DNA of 61,055 bases, counting the filler, from Antechinus flavipes (Eukaryota), in the NCBI RefSeq assembly GCF_016432865.1. It is 4 parts of 3 records of this genome, joined end to end, with 100 filler letters (N's around TTAATTAATTAA, not from the genome) between each part and the next. Parts side by side here need not be neighbours in the genome. Positions count along the whole stretch, not along the records: positions 12,213 to 41,566 come from NC_067398.1; 3 more parts are not named here. One strand, written 5' to 3'. Position numbers and translations under genes: made by a program. Shown in pieces: positions 18,565-31,259 of this stretch. Each line of letters starts with the position of its first letter. The first letter of the stretch is position 1. The notes under the pieces are model-generated. The model was not told the origin of the DNA. It worked only from the letters and a program-made list of their open reading frames with translations, and did not search any database.

Positions 18565-19369
18565 CTACCATTCTTCAAATCATGTATTATCTATTTATAT
18601 ATAGCCACAAATGTATATGTGTCCCTCCTGATAAAATGGAAGGTGTCTGAAGGCAGTCTTTGTATCCCTAATACTGAGCACACTGCTTGGCTGGCTAATC
18701 CTTCGAATGAGGAGAACCAAGTTTGGCCTCTAGGAAGAAATTAAATCTGAGTCCTAAATTGCTAGACCAGGTGACAAGGATGAAGGAAGGCTAAAGATGG
18801 GCAATGAAACAATTGCTGATCCTCTGCCTGAAGTAGGACACAATGTCACTTGTATGCCAGGTATTTATAGGACTGTTCCAGCAAACAGACCACTACACCA
18901 TGTCTGGGATCCAGTAGGATCCAGCTCCAATAATTCAACCAGTGAGGTCACTGGCAATGACAAGCCCCAGGATAATCCTAACTCCAGGAGAGGTGGATGC
19001 CTTTCTTGGGAGACTATCCCTTCTACCACCACCACCACCACCTTTTTTTTTTTTTTTTTTTTTTTAAAGCAGTTATTAGGTCATTGGTTAGAGTTTTCTT
19101 CCTGAGGTTAAAAAGATAAAACATGTCCAGTGACTGGGCATGAATAGGAATCTACTGTTATTGACTGCATTATCAGCTGGATCTAAGATCCCCAACAGAA
19201 CTTAGCCAGAAACTCCTTCTGGGCACTAACAATAAAATTCCTTGGAACTGAGCTATTATGAACCTCTTTGTCTTTGCCTAGAAAGTAATTCACCTAAGCC
19301 TAAAGCTCATTACCTCCACCTTTCCTTCATGGTTGACCTCCATGACCGTGACCACTAGCCCCTTACTCA

Positions 19370-19504
<135 letters not shown>

Positions 19505-19929
19505 CTAAAGGGAAAATATATATATATTCCTGTTGTTACTGGGGGAAGGATAGAAAAGGCTACATAGAATCCTTGGAGGGAAATGGCCAAAAAGAGCCCT
19601 CAATTATTTGAAGTTCAAAGCCACATGGTGGGGAAAATAACAAATCACTTAAGAATCAACTTCTAGTATGCATACATATGCTGTTTTCCATCCCACTTCA
19701 CAAAATAAGATCCTTGAGGGTACAAATTTTAATTTTTGTCTTATATTCCTATAACCTAGCATACTACCTGTGTAAATGGTAGGGGTTTATAAACTCTTGA
19801 GTGAAAAGGTATCAAGTCCTCAGGAGCCTGAGGGAATCCAAGTGAGTTCAAATTTCACAGGCTGGTCTCCAGGGCAAGAAAACCAATGAGGATAACATAA
19901 TGGTCAAATGCAAGGTGCTCTGATAAAGA

Positions 19930-20150
19930 GAAATTTTGCAGCTTCTAAAAATCTATTTCTTTTTTTGGTTGAAAATTATATTAACTCCCAAAGAAATCTT
20001 AAAGAAGGGAAAGAGACCTGTATGTGTACAAATGTTTGTGGCAGGTCTCTTTGTAGTGGCCAGAAACTGGAAACTGAGTGGATGCCCATCAATTGGAGAA
20101 TGGCTGAATAAATTGTGGTATATGAAAATTATATTAGCCATATAGATGTC
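19930..20150 (+). mobile_element. LINE-1 ORF2 3' fragment
   Basis: Translates to ...VCVQMFVAGLFVVARNWKLSGCPSIGEWLNKLWYM, typical of the L1 ORF2 C-terminus. Confidence 0.8.
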
Positions 20151-21179
20151 AAAACTGATCATCCATACATTAAGGCATTACTGGAAGACCTAATTTAAAG
20201 TTAGAAGGCCTTGATTAGAACTCCAGACCTGCCACTAACTAGCTTCTCTGACCTTGAACAAGTCACCTGTTCAGTAAAATGATCCAAGTGGATTTGATAC
20301 CCTTTAAGGTCACTTACCATTTTAAATCCCATGACTACACAATTTTCAAGGTCTGGAAGTCTCTTTAGGCTACCTCCCTGCCTGTACCAAACCATTCTAA
20401 TTGCAGAAAACTTATAAAATCTTTCTATATTCTTCTAGGATTCCCAGACTTGTAAAATCCTATAGTCTTCAGGCCCAGCTCTCTATCCATTTTGTCATCT
20501 TGATGTCATATAGAGAACTAGAATCTAAAGATGATGTGTTGAGATTATCTTGAGGGGCAGGTGAAGTTTGCCTTGGGTGCCCAATTAGCTATAGACTTTC
20601 CCCTTATTTATGAGAAGGGGAACAAAAGATGACATAAAAATCACTTAATACAGGAGACGAATTAGTTCACTTCCAGTCTATTTGAGGATTTTTCTGAATC
20701 AGAAAAAAAAAAAAAATCATCTGTCTTGTTCCCTGTTTTTAAGTCCCTCCTTCCAATACAGACTCCTCATATTGCTCTCCCAAACTTCAGAATTTTTGAA
20801 AACTCGTATCTGGCCCTTGGTCTCACATCTTGTTCCAGGGCTTTAGTCTAGGCTCAGTGCACAGGCTGCCCTAGGCCTACTCAGTTAACATTTATTGTTA
20901 TATACATACACAGAGAGAGGCCCTTAGTGGGTCCTATCTTTGATTGAAAGGTTTATTAAGAAGCAAAGAACAGATTGAGTCTTTTCCAATAAGAAAAACA
21001 AAAACTGCTCTGGGGGGGGTCAGAAAATCTGAATTCCCACCTATTACTTACTAGGTATAAAGCCAAATCATTCTTTCTTTAGGTTTGTTTCCCCATCCGA
21101 GAAACAACTGAGGTGACCCAGATGATCTAAGGTCCTTTCCAGCCCGGATCCGGTCTAACTGGGTAATGCAAGCACGGTT

Positions 21180-22400
21180 GCTAAGGAAGCAGGTCCACGT
21201 GGCCAGACTCGATTCTCCCTCCTAGTACGTCAGCCCGAGGACCGCTCTAAGAAGTTCCCACCCACCAAGGTATTTACAACTAAGTCCCAATGTCTCCGCC
21301 ACTCCGCTGAGGCTCTGGCACCGCGGAGCAAGTCGCTGGGGCGGCCCTGCCGGGTGACTTGGGGGGTCCTACTCCGGGAGGGAGTCAGGCCCCAACACGA
21401 CCCACAACTGCCTCGTCTCTGGACCAGAGGAAGGCCCCTTTAGTCCTCCAGACCGCGCCTCTCCTCGTCCCCGCCGGCTGTGGCCGCCTCGGCCCCTTCT
21501 TTCCCCCAGAAGTCCCTGCCTCACGGCTACTCACCTGTCAAGCCCAAGGACCGGAGAAAGGAACAGAGTTCAGCTGGGCCGAGCTTCGCTCCGGCAGCAA
21601 CGCTTCACCGAGCTCTCGGCCAAGCTCGATCACTGCCGCGTCGACCTGACGGACAGCAAACTTCCGACTGCAAAGCGGAAGCGAAAATCTTTCCCTTTTG
21701 GCTGCCCCGGAGAAGTTAGAACTCACACATCAAATGCGGGGCGCTACAAAAAGCAGAGGAAAGAAAGATAGGTATATATGAGATGAAAGTTAAGCCAGGC
21801 ACCACCCCCTGTTTCCTGTGCCGCCAATAGGATCTTTCAAACTCGTAGGCCCGCCCACTAGCGCGTGCGCAAAGGAGATACCCATAAGTCCACACGGTAA
21901 AGATTCACACCTTGCGTGAGGGAGGAAGAAAAGCGCCTGCGCAACAGGCCCCCTTCTCTCTATCGGGCCTCAACTGTCACAGTTTACGCTTCCGTTCTGC
22001 GCGCCGGAAGTTTCTTTTCCCGCTCTGGCGGGGGGAGGGGCCGTTGACTGGTTAGAAGTCTGGGAGGGAGGGAGAGGGAACCCGGAATGTTTGGCTTGTG
22101 CCGGCAGGGCTCTGGCGCCCTATGTCCACAAGGCTCAGGGTTGGGGAGCCGAGCCGCAGCTGCTAGAAAAGGACTATGGGGGCCAGTAGGCCTTTTAGTC
22201 TCCCACACGCCGCCCCGCCCCCCCTCAGTACAGGCTGGGGTAGCCGGTGGGAATCCTCCAGCCCGTTACTCAGCCGGCCTTTGCAGGGCCAGGGAGGGAT
22301 CTTTTCCCCTCGTCTGTCCTTGTATTCCCAGGGTCCGGCCTAGAGGAGCCTTTCCAGGCCGGAGCTCACTTCTGAACTAGGAAAATCAATATTTAGGCGT
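21180..22400. promoter_or_regulatory. ELOF1: CpG-island promoter and non-coding first exon of ELOF1 (candidate donor G|gtgagta after 21535 on -)
   Basis: CpG-dense; ETS ACTTCCG 21660-66 and CCGGAAGT 22004-11; NRF1-like GCGCGTGCGCA 21861-71 and GCGCCTGCGCA 21933-43. Confidence 0.75.
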
Positions 22401-23374
22401 TTCTAGAGTCCCTCAGTGTAGTTACAGCTCCTGAACACTTTATCCCTCCCTGAAAAAAAAAAAATCCCCTTGCAGCCCTCCAGGAGATGAGATTGGAAAA
22501 AGAAAATCTACCCCCTTCCCCCTGACCCCCATCCTCCCGTGAGTGTCCCTGTCCCTGGTTGGCTCATGGTGCAGGAAGCCCTCCCCTGGCATAGCTTCTG
22601 AGAGCTGAGGGTGGCGCCATCCGAAGAGAAGGGCCTACGTCAGGTCCTTGCTCCACTTCATCCCCATCTCCACCAGCCGTCAGGAGGGGACCAGCTTAGT
22701 TAAGTGTAAACTCACCCTGTGGATGGCGGATTGCCACACGTAGATAGATTTTTCTAGCCAAAGGAAAGGTGCAGAGATTATGATTTAGTAGAAGGAATCA
22801 TTTAAATGAAATCACAGAACTTAAAGCAAATCGTCCTTAAAGATTTGTCGAGCCCTTGCCCAGACAGTCCTTTGATTTAAATAGTATTCCCATTTTATAG
22901 ATGGGGACTTGAAGCTGAGATGGAGTAGCCGGAATCAGATAGCTAGTAAAGGCTTAGAACCAGGTTTTCTTACTTCAGGTCCACTGCTTCTGCTGTATAT
23001 AGCCCATGTCCTGTTCCCTTTGGCCACTTAGAAGCTTCTTACCTCCAGGATCAAATACAAACTCTTAACTCTACCTTTTAAAGACTCAACCTGAATATTT
23101 ATGTATCCTTTGTTCCTCATCTCTAGCCTCAGCACCTTTGTATAGGCTGCCTTCTATGCTTGAAATGTGCTTTCTCCTCATTTCTGCCTCTTGGAATCTC
23201 TATTTTTCTTCAAAGCTCAACACAAAAACTATCCTTTGCAAAGATCTTTCCCAATTTTTCATCCCCTCCCCAATCTTCGATAGTTGCCAATCAAAACCTT
23301 AGTTACTATCAGTGAACAAGCATTTAAATGCTTGCTGTTGCCAGGCACTGTGCTAGAGGTACATGTTCATGTAT

Positions 23375-23480
23375 GTTCAGTCATTTTTCAGTTGTGTCCA
23401 ACTTTTCCATGACCCCATTTGAGTTTTCTTGGCAAAGAAACTCGAGTGGCTTGCCATTTCCTTCTCCAGCTCATTTATAG
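23375..23480 (-). mobile_element. MAR1/RTE-tailed marsupial SINE fragment
   Basis: GTTTTCTTGGCAAAG...GCCATTTCCTTCTCCAGCTCATTT tail; similar copies near 32093-32295, 38195-38405, 50500-50630 and 52095-52330. Confidence 0.65.
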
Positions 23481-23597
23481 TAATGATTGCTAAATCTTGT
23501 GTGCTTCTGATAGTGGCTCCTCAGTATTTGAATACTTTTTTTCTGGCTTCTTGGAGTATTTTTTCCTTGGCCTGGGAACTCTGGATTTTGACTATCA

Positions 23598-24520
23598 TCT
23601 TTTTTTTTTTTTTAATAACTTTTTATTGACAGAACCCATGCCAGGGTAATTTTTTTTACAGCATTATCCCTTGCAGTCACTTCTGTTCTGATTTTTCCCC
23701 TCCCTCCCTCTACCCTCTCCCTCAGATGGCAAGAAGTTTGACAATCATCTTGCTGCAAATTTTCATTTTGGTGTTTCAGGAAGTAACCAGTGAATTCTTT
23801 TCGTGTCTACTTTACCCTCTGGTTCTAATACATTTGGATGGTTTTCTTCATAATTTCTTGAAATATGCTATCTAGGCTCTTTTTTGTTCATGGTCCAGTG
23901 ATTCATATTTCTTCTAAATTTGTTTTCCAAGTCAGTTTTTTCATATTAAATATTTTCCCAATCTTTTGACTTTTCGTTATTATTTCTTGATGTCTCATGG
24001 AACTGATTCTAAATTCAAAGAGTTATTTTCATTATAGTTTTTGTATCTCTTCTTCCATACTGTTTTCTTCTCATCTTTCTTCTCTAACTCTTGTCTCTTT
24101 TCCTATTTTTTCTTCATCTGCCCTCATTTGGTTTTTAAGATCATTTGTTTTAGCTCCTTTAGGTCTTAACTCTTATAGGAATTCTTGTTGGACTTGTGTC
24201 CAAATTATATTTATCTTTGCGGCTTTCCTTGTAGATTTTTTGAGTCATTTTCTTCTTCTGTTTGTGTTTTGAACTTCTCTGTTGCCATGATAACTTTTTT
24301 TTTTTTGTTTGCTCATTTGGTTTGGGTTTTTGTTTTTGTTTTTTGTTTGGGGGGGCCTACTTTTTGACTTTATATTAGTGCCAGGTTCTGCACACTTCTA
24401 GGAAGATGGGGATGGGGATGGGGGATGTCTGGTTTGAGTTTCTGATCTCTTTCATTTTTCTTCTGCTTTCACAGAGCTGTCTGAGAGCCTTTAAGTTTTA
24501 GTGCCCTCATAGTTGTGTGA
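23598..24520 (-). mobile_element. LINE-1 fragments (3' end with poly-A, plus degraded body)
   Basis: poly-T followed by AATAACTTTTTATTGACAGAACCCATGCC, also seen at ~53325; T-rich L1-like body. Confidence 0.7.
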
Positions 24521-24557
24521 TCTGAGTTGAGATCTTTTTACTACCCTCTTGGTCTGA

Positions 24558-25112
24558 TATTAGAATCCTTACAAAGTATTAGCTCACTGGAATTAATAGA
24601 AACAATGCTTATGTACTTAAGTTTACACCTTGAGAGAGTTTACACATTAGAGCTCACACTTTTAAGGAGAGTTTACACATTAGAGTTCACACCTTTAGAG
24701 AGCTTATATAAGCTAGAAGCCTCCAGGAAGAGGAGGAGACTTCAAGAGATTTACAAGTCGAGAAGATTCACAAGTCTAACCCACAATTCCACTCTGGGAG
24801 GAGGAGTCAAGATTCATTCCAACTTCTACCTTTCTGCTGTCTGGAGGCTTTAGATTTAGAGAGAGCTGGAGGCTGAAGCTGGCAGAGGCAAAGGATAAGC
24901 TTCAAGAGCTCTTGAAACCAAGGAGAGAGATAGGCTTCTAAGAAAACTAACCAGGCTATTTTGAAGGAAACAATAAAGGATCTGGGTTTTAACTCCTGGC
25001 TGCATTTAGGGTGATTATTGATCTGAACTGAAACTAAGGCTGCTTCCAGAAGCCGCCAGAGAAACCTGCTCCCAGAGAACCATTATATTTTAGAAAAAAA
25101 GAGAACACTACA
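24558..25112 (+). mobile_element. Solo ERV LTR (~555 bp), same family as 5780-6329
   Basis: Perfect 6-bp TSD GTCTGA (24552-57 and 25113-18); TATATAA 24705-11; AATAAA 24972-77; ends in CA. Confidence 0.9.
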
Positions 25113-25604
25113 GTCTGAGTTCTGCAAGTTCCTGTTCCAGGTTTGGTTCTGTTATTTTGTTTCTGGTTAGGAGTTTCAATAGATTACTTCTTGACCTAGT
25201 GAATGTTGGCCCATTGAGAAGCTCTGCAAGTTCAAGTCAAGTGATCTGCAGCCTCCTCCTCTGGACCCTTTGGTCCAGAATGCTGTGCTCTGCTCCTAGG
25301 TTGAGAGCCACACAGCTGACACTTGTTTCTTGAAACTTGTTCAGTATTCAGTACATAGCTGGGACTGATGCTCAAAACTGCTTCTATCCTCCAGCATTGG
25401 GTGGTAGGTAACTCATTTCTTCACTCAGCACTTGGTCAGGGATCTCCTTCCTGTCTTAGTTTTAGTCCCTAAGTACTGGAATGATTCTCCTTAGTCCCTT
25501 TCTCCTGTGTCTGAAAACTCTGTCTTCTAAACTCTGGGATGGAAAATAACTTAATGTGACTTTTTGGCTTTCCCAATCAGAATAGTATGGCTCATTCTCT
25601 AGAT

Positions 25605-25796
25605 AAGGGGTCCTCAAACTACAGCCCGCAGGCCAGATGTGGCAGCTAAGTACGATTATCCCCCTCACCCAGGGCTATGAAGTTTCTTTATTTAAAGGCC
25701 CACAAAACAAAGTTTTTGTTTTTACTATAGTTCGGCCCTCCAACAGTCTGAGGGACAGTGAACTGGCCCCCTATTTAAAAAGTTTGAGGGCCCCTA
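25605..25796 (-). mobile_element. Non-autonomous hAT DNA transposon (OposCharlie1/OC1-like MITE, ~190 bp)
   Basis: Inverted termini AGGGGTCCTCAAACT / AGTTTGAGGGCCCCT; TCTAGA cores flank both sides; family name is from recall of the OC1 terminal sequence. Confidence 0.75.
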
Positions 25797-28053
25797 AAGT
25801 CTAGAGTCTAGATTTTTGTTGAGGAGATATGGAGGAAGAGCTAGACTCCAAGGCTTCCTCTCACTCTGCCATTATAATTCTGCCCCCTCAATTTTGTGTG
25901 TCTGTGTGTGTTGGTGAAATATGAGACAAGTTTCACAGCTGAAAGGGCAAAAAATGTGAGGCTTGGGTTGAAAGAGGCTTAAATAGTGACAATGGTGGGT
26001 GTGACAAAGAATCAATTAGGAAGAACTAGGATCATTTGGCATCTTGATAGGCCAATGTTTAGAACTCTTTAACTTGGAGTCAATCAGACCTGAGTTCAAA
26101 CTCTGCTTCAACTGATTCTGGTAAAAATTCTTTTTTTAACTCTTTTCCTCATCTGTTAAATGGAGATAATAATAGCACCTATCTTCCAGAGTTATCATGA
26201 GAAGAAAATGAGATATTGCTTTGCTATCAATGAGATGTTACAGTTGTTACAGTGAGGGCTTGGTTGAGAATTAAATAAATATTTATAGAGGCCCTTGTCA
26301 GCATAGTTTCATAATTTTTTTTAGCTTTGTTCAGAAACACATGAATAGTGAAAGAAGCAGATATAATCAGAACCTTATATCTTCTAAGTTCAACAATGCT
26401 ACATGCTAGGTCCTACAAATATGAAGAAAAGATTCTTGCCTTCAAGAATCATACATTCCTTTAGAGATAGTGTGTAAACACATAACACAATTTCAAGATG
26501 AAAAAAGTACTAACAATTGAAGGAAATCAAGAAAGGGTTCCCATAGGAAGTGACACATGAGTTGATCTGGGAAGAAAGCTAGAAATTCAGAGGAGGGAGT
26601 GCATTCCAGCTATGGGAAAATCTTCATTGCTTTCTAGTTGACCACAACCAATTGATAAGGCTTGTTGAAGAAGGAAAGGGAGAAATTGGAGGAAAGAATG
26701 CAAATCTTTGATTTTTATACACATTCATATATATATGTGCACATATAATGTATACATTCAAAAATCACTTTTTGTTTTGTATTTTGAACTAGAAATTATC
26801 AGCATAGAAATTTCAATATACAAAGATCAGGAAAAGGGAATTGTATATGAAACAATGACTGATATAGATAGCTTGATTTTTAAAAATTTATGCACATATA
26901 TAATATGATAGCACCAACTTTTTTTTTTCTGTATCTAAATTTTCTGTAGCTGTATTATTTCCAGTTCTTTGCTATAACAAAGAGTTGCTATAAACATTCC
27001 TAAATATAGTTGTTGGTTGCTTGGATGTCTTCTTTAGGAAACTCTATATCCTATTGAGGAATGACTCCTATTCTTATATATTTGAATCAGTACTATATTT
27101 ATCTTGGATATAATATCAGATAAATTTACTACAAAGTTTCCTCCCCTCCTCCCAGTTTAACTATTTATTTTGGGGTAAATCTCGTGATTCTCCTTTGATC
27201 AAGAATTCTTCCCTCATCTATTGTTGTGAAGTTATTTCCTTGCATTTTCCTTTAATTTATTTCATCTATCTTTTCTGCATAGATCATATTTCGATTTGGA
27301 ACTCATTATGATATATGTTATAAGATGCTGACTTAAGGCTGATTTTTCTGAAATTGTTCTCTAATTTTCCCATTAGTTTTTTGTCAAATAGTAGGTGTCC
27401 TGGTGGTTCAATGTTGGGTAGACTTAGAGGCAGGAAGGCCTGAGTTCTAATGTTGCTTTAGCCACTAACCAGCTATATGATCCTGGGAAAGTTACTTAAA
27501 CTTTTTTAGACTATTTCCTCACTTATAAATGGAGATAATAACTGTACCTACTTCACAGAATTGTTCTCAGGATAAAAGGAGATATTTGTAAAGTTCTTTG
27601 CAAATGTTAAAGTGTCATATAAATTATTGGTGAACATTTTGTACTGTATTCAGTTGATTCATTTATTTTTAATTTTTTTAATCCATATAGCTGCTGTACT
27701 AAAATATTATCTGTCATCTAGTAATTAAAATGTCAGTTGAAGGGTTAGTACCTTAGTGTCACTTCATTGAATATTCTTATGATATTCTGTAATTTATTTG
27801 TGTTTCATATTAGGCCACTAGAGTGAAATCACTTAGTTCTTCCTCTTAAAGATGGAGATATTCTTTAGGCTCAGGACTGACTCAGAGAAACAGGCTGGGA
27901 ACCTTTCTCTCTGCAGGAGGGTTTGATCCTGGCGATGTAACATCATGGAATAGCCAGAGGAGTAACAACAATAAGTAAGGAAAGAAATAAAATTTAAGAG
28001 CAAGAAAAGTGACATTCATTGATGCACATGCATTTAGCCTCTGTAACAATCAT

Positions 28054-28059
28054 TTTATT
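28054..28059 (-). terminator. ACP5: Probable ACP5 polyadenylation signal
   Basis: TTTATT on + ~520 nt beyond the stop codon. Confidence 0.55.
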
Positions 28060-28579
28060 GAAATGCAGCAACAGAAAATCTCTTTCTTTGGAAAGAAAGT
28101 TCTCTTCTTTATCCCAATTTCTCTCAAAGATCAGGTTTGGGATAACAATCACATAGAAATGAAAAACTACTCTTTAGAAATGCTTGTTCATCCACACTGG
28201 CACATTCACATCAGCTGGTGTTGAGCTTTGGCCTCCTGGACCAAAAAACTCTTTTAGGTTTTTTGTGAACCTAGGCCCATACCCTAGATAAAGCCAATGG
28301 GCTTCCCTACTTCTCTAAGTAGTAGCCAAACCCCACCTACCTGCCAGCACAGCCTTCCAGGGAGCAGGATTGATGAATCAGCCTCTGGCATATTCCAAGG
28401 GAGACCCAAGGAAGACTAGCCTACCAGTGCTAGATTTCCAGAGACTCCCTAAGGAGCTTTTCTAGGGAAATGTGAGGGAAGAGGTTAAAAGAGAATAGGG
28501 AAGGATTCAATGAACTCCCACTATCTCCAAGACATTCCAAACATGAGAAAAGGTGCTGGGCAATGTAAGGTGAGAGGAT

Positions 28580-28822
28580 CTAGGACACAGTTCGACGGGG
28601 CAGACTTGTCTTGTAGAGAGATTTGCCTGTAGCTTCTATATATGTGATGCTCATGTCCTTGGAGGTAATCTCCACATAGGCAAAGCCACCTAGGGAGTCC
28701 CGGGATCCGTAGTAAAAACGCAGGTAACCATCAGGGACTTTACGTTGATGTTTCCTGGAGGGGTCCATGAAGTTTCCTGCTCCACTCAACACGTAACCCA
28801 CGCCATCCTTGTCTTTGAGATA
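28580..28822 (-). CDS. ACP5: Tartrate-resistant acid phosphatase 5, last coding exon
   Basis: cag|TAT; [22 protein letters not shown]...[10 protein letters not shown]. Confidence 0.96.
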   Translation of the reverse strand, partial: YLKDKDGVGYVLSGAGNFMDPSRKHQRKVPDGYLRFYYGSRDSLGGFAYVEITSKDMSITYIEATGKSLYKTSLPRRTVS

Positions 28823-29421
28823 CTGGAGAAGAAGACAAGTATTAGTAGAATAGCCAGGCAAACAAGTTTCCATCCCAGACCCAGCCTTTTATTTCTTCTG
28901 TCTAGACAGTAGCTAGGTTAGGCACCTAGTCTTTCCTGCAGAGAGAAGGACTGCTCAGAATCCAGAGGCCCTGTTGTGGGCCTTTTAAAGCCAAATCACA
29001 TTCACATTTCTAATTAGAGTTTAGGCTGAATCAAATCCTTTTCCATTCCTCAAATACATAAAGACTGACCATAGCAGGAGAACCAGAAGTATAGGGACTA
29101 GATGACAAGACGGGCAGCCTGAAAATACACATTTTCTACAAATTTGCCACAAAGACCATTTGCAGGTAATTCTAATAGTTGATATGAATTATGGTTACAA
29201 AGTGCATTAGATTCATTATATCTTTCGATCTTAGCCATCCTATGAGGTAGGGGACGCATTTTATTATTTTGTCTCCTTTTTTACAAGTGAAGGGACAGAC
29301 TCAAAAAAGTGAATTTATATAAGGAGTAAAGTAACTTTGTAGTCACATAGATAATAAGTTGTAGAATATTAATTTGAGGTTAGACAGTCTGATTCCAAGT
29401 CCAGGATTCTTTCTTGCTTTC

Positions 29422-29571
29422 TTTTTTTTTTTTTTTTGCTGAGGCATTTGGGGTTAAGTGACTTGCCCAAGACACATAGCTAGGAAATATTAAGTATCTA
29501 AGGCCAGATTTGAACTCAGGTCCTCCTGACTTCAGGCCTGTGCTCTATCCACTGCACCACCTAACTGCCCC
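29422..29571 (-). mobile_element. tRNA-derived marsupial SINE (WSINE1-like, ~150 bp)
   Basis: poly-T then GGGGTTAAGTGACTTGCCC...GATTTGAACTCAGG...CTAACTGCCCC; near-identical copies at 30525-30674 and 33790-33940. Confidence 0.8.
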
Positions 29572-29650
29572 GAAAGCCGAAAGGTAGCTGAGTCATTTTC
29601 CTGGGATTCCTTCTCACCGAAGCTTCACATTTTCCCCTTTCCCTCCTCAC

Positions 29651-29996
29651 CTGCAAGTTGTGATCATGACCACATAGGTAAGCTGTGACCTTGTGCTTGG
29701 CCAGCAGAGGCTGTAAGTGCTTTACAAGGCAATGGGTAGGTCCGTGCTCTGCTATTGACCACACCGGGTAGTGGCCAGCTACAAGTAGGTAGTCCTCTTT
29801 AGCATTGGTCAGCTGTTTCTTTAGCCAGGAAAGCTGACTTCGTGCCAGTTTCAAATCCTTGGGTTTCTCAGGCTGTTGGTTCATGAAGTCATCTGAATTC
29901 CCACATAGCGTCACAGTGTCCAGCATAAAAATGGCCACACTTACATTGGTTTTGGGGATTTTGAATCTGAGACGGTAATAAGGGCTGGGGAAATTC
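29651..29996 (-). CDS. ACP5: ACP5 coding exon 3
   Basis: cag|G; [37 protein letters not shown]...VAGHYPVWS...[10 protein letters not shown]; CAG|gtgagg; metal-ligand motifs VAGH and GHDH present. Confidence 0.97.
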
Positions 29997-30091
29997 CTGC
30001 AAAGAGGAAGTAATTCTTAGATAAGCACAATCTGGGAATACATGATGCAATGTAATGTGAGCAAGGTAGAGGCTCCAGATGTCTCTGTAGT

Positions 30092-30093
<2 letters not shown>

Positions 30094-30137
<44 letters not shown>
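30094..30137. repeat. (AC)22 microsatellite in an ACP5 intron
   Basis: Pure dinucleotide run. Confidence 0.97.
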
Positions 30138-30139
<2 letters not shown>

Positions 30140-31259
30140 TAGGAACCAGTTCAGTGAGAGTTAGGGACAGAATTTATCAGTGGCTGATGTAAACCTCAAA
30201 CTAAGTAGTGTAGGGTTCCTCTAAATGTTTTAAACTTTAAGAAGCTCCAAGAGCTGAAGATGATTCAATAAAGAATGAGGGGAAAGGAGAAAAGATGGAT
30301 TTCTTGTTTAACCCTATGGGACACAGTTTTAGGCAACAATGGCTAATCAGAAGTTGATTTATTGAAGAATCCAGTGTTCTAATTAAAAGTAACCTAAATA
30401 AAAGCTTTTCAATTTCATGTAATTGAAATTATTTTACATTTAGAATTGTCTCTACCTCTTGCTTTGGTCAAAATTCATTTCCACCCACAGCCGTGAAAGA
30501 TATGTTATCAACTTCTTTTCTTTCTTTTTTTTTTTTTTGGGGGGGGGAGGCAATTGAGGTTAAGTGACTTGCCCAGAATCACACAATTTAGTAAATGTTA
30601 AGTATCTGAGGCCAGATTTGAATTCAGATCCTCCTGACTCTAAAGCTAGTGCACTTCACCATCCAGCTGCCCCTCTAATTTTTTTTTTTTTTAAATAAAT
30701 AGTGTGATTATGGCTATTCAGACACAGGTTCATTTTGAATTTATCATATATGAAGTTAGTCTAAACTGTTTTCAAATTTTTGTCAAATCAGGAGTTTTCC
30801 CCCCAAGTAATTTATATTTTGTCATTTATTGAACAAATTATTTCTAATTCTTCCTTGTCTAGAGTTCTTTCAATTTTTTAATCCAGTTCCAGACCCTTGT
30901 CATGATTGCTGTATTATAACTAAAGGCTATAAATCTTATTCCTCCTTGATTTTTATCTCTCTTTGTTATTTTCCTTAATATTCCATGTATCATTATTTTG
31001 CCTCAATCTGTAAAATACTGGTAGATTAGTGGGTATAAAGCTAAAATCTGTAAACTAATTTTGATATTATTTTTATTACACTGGCACAAGCCACTTATGA
31101 ACAATGAATATTCCTTTAACTATTTAAAGTGTTCTATTATTGTCTTCTACATTTTATTAATATCACATAGAGATGCTGTTGATTTTTGTGGGTTTCTTTT
31201 GTAATTTGCAATTTGAAGTCATAGAAATGGCATCTGAATATTAAGGATCATACCATTAA

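Noticed and set aside
29889-30137. MCVCVCV... ORFs
   Set aside because: These are translations of the (TG)n microsatellite running into the ACP5 exon in other frames.
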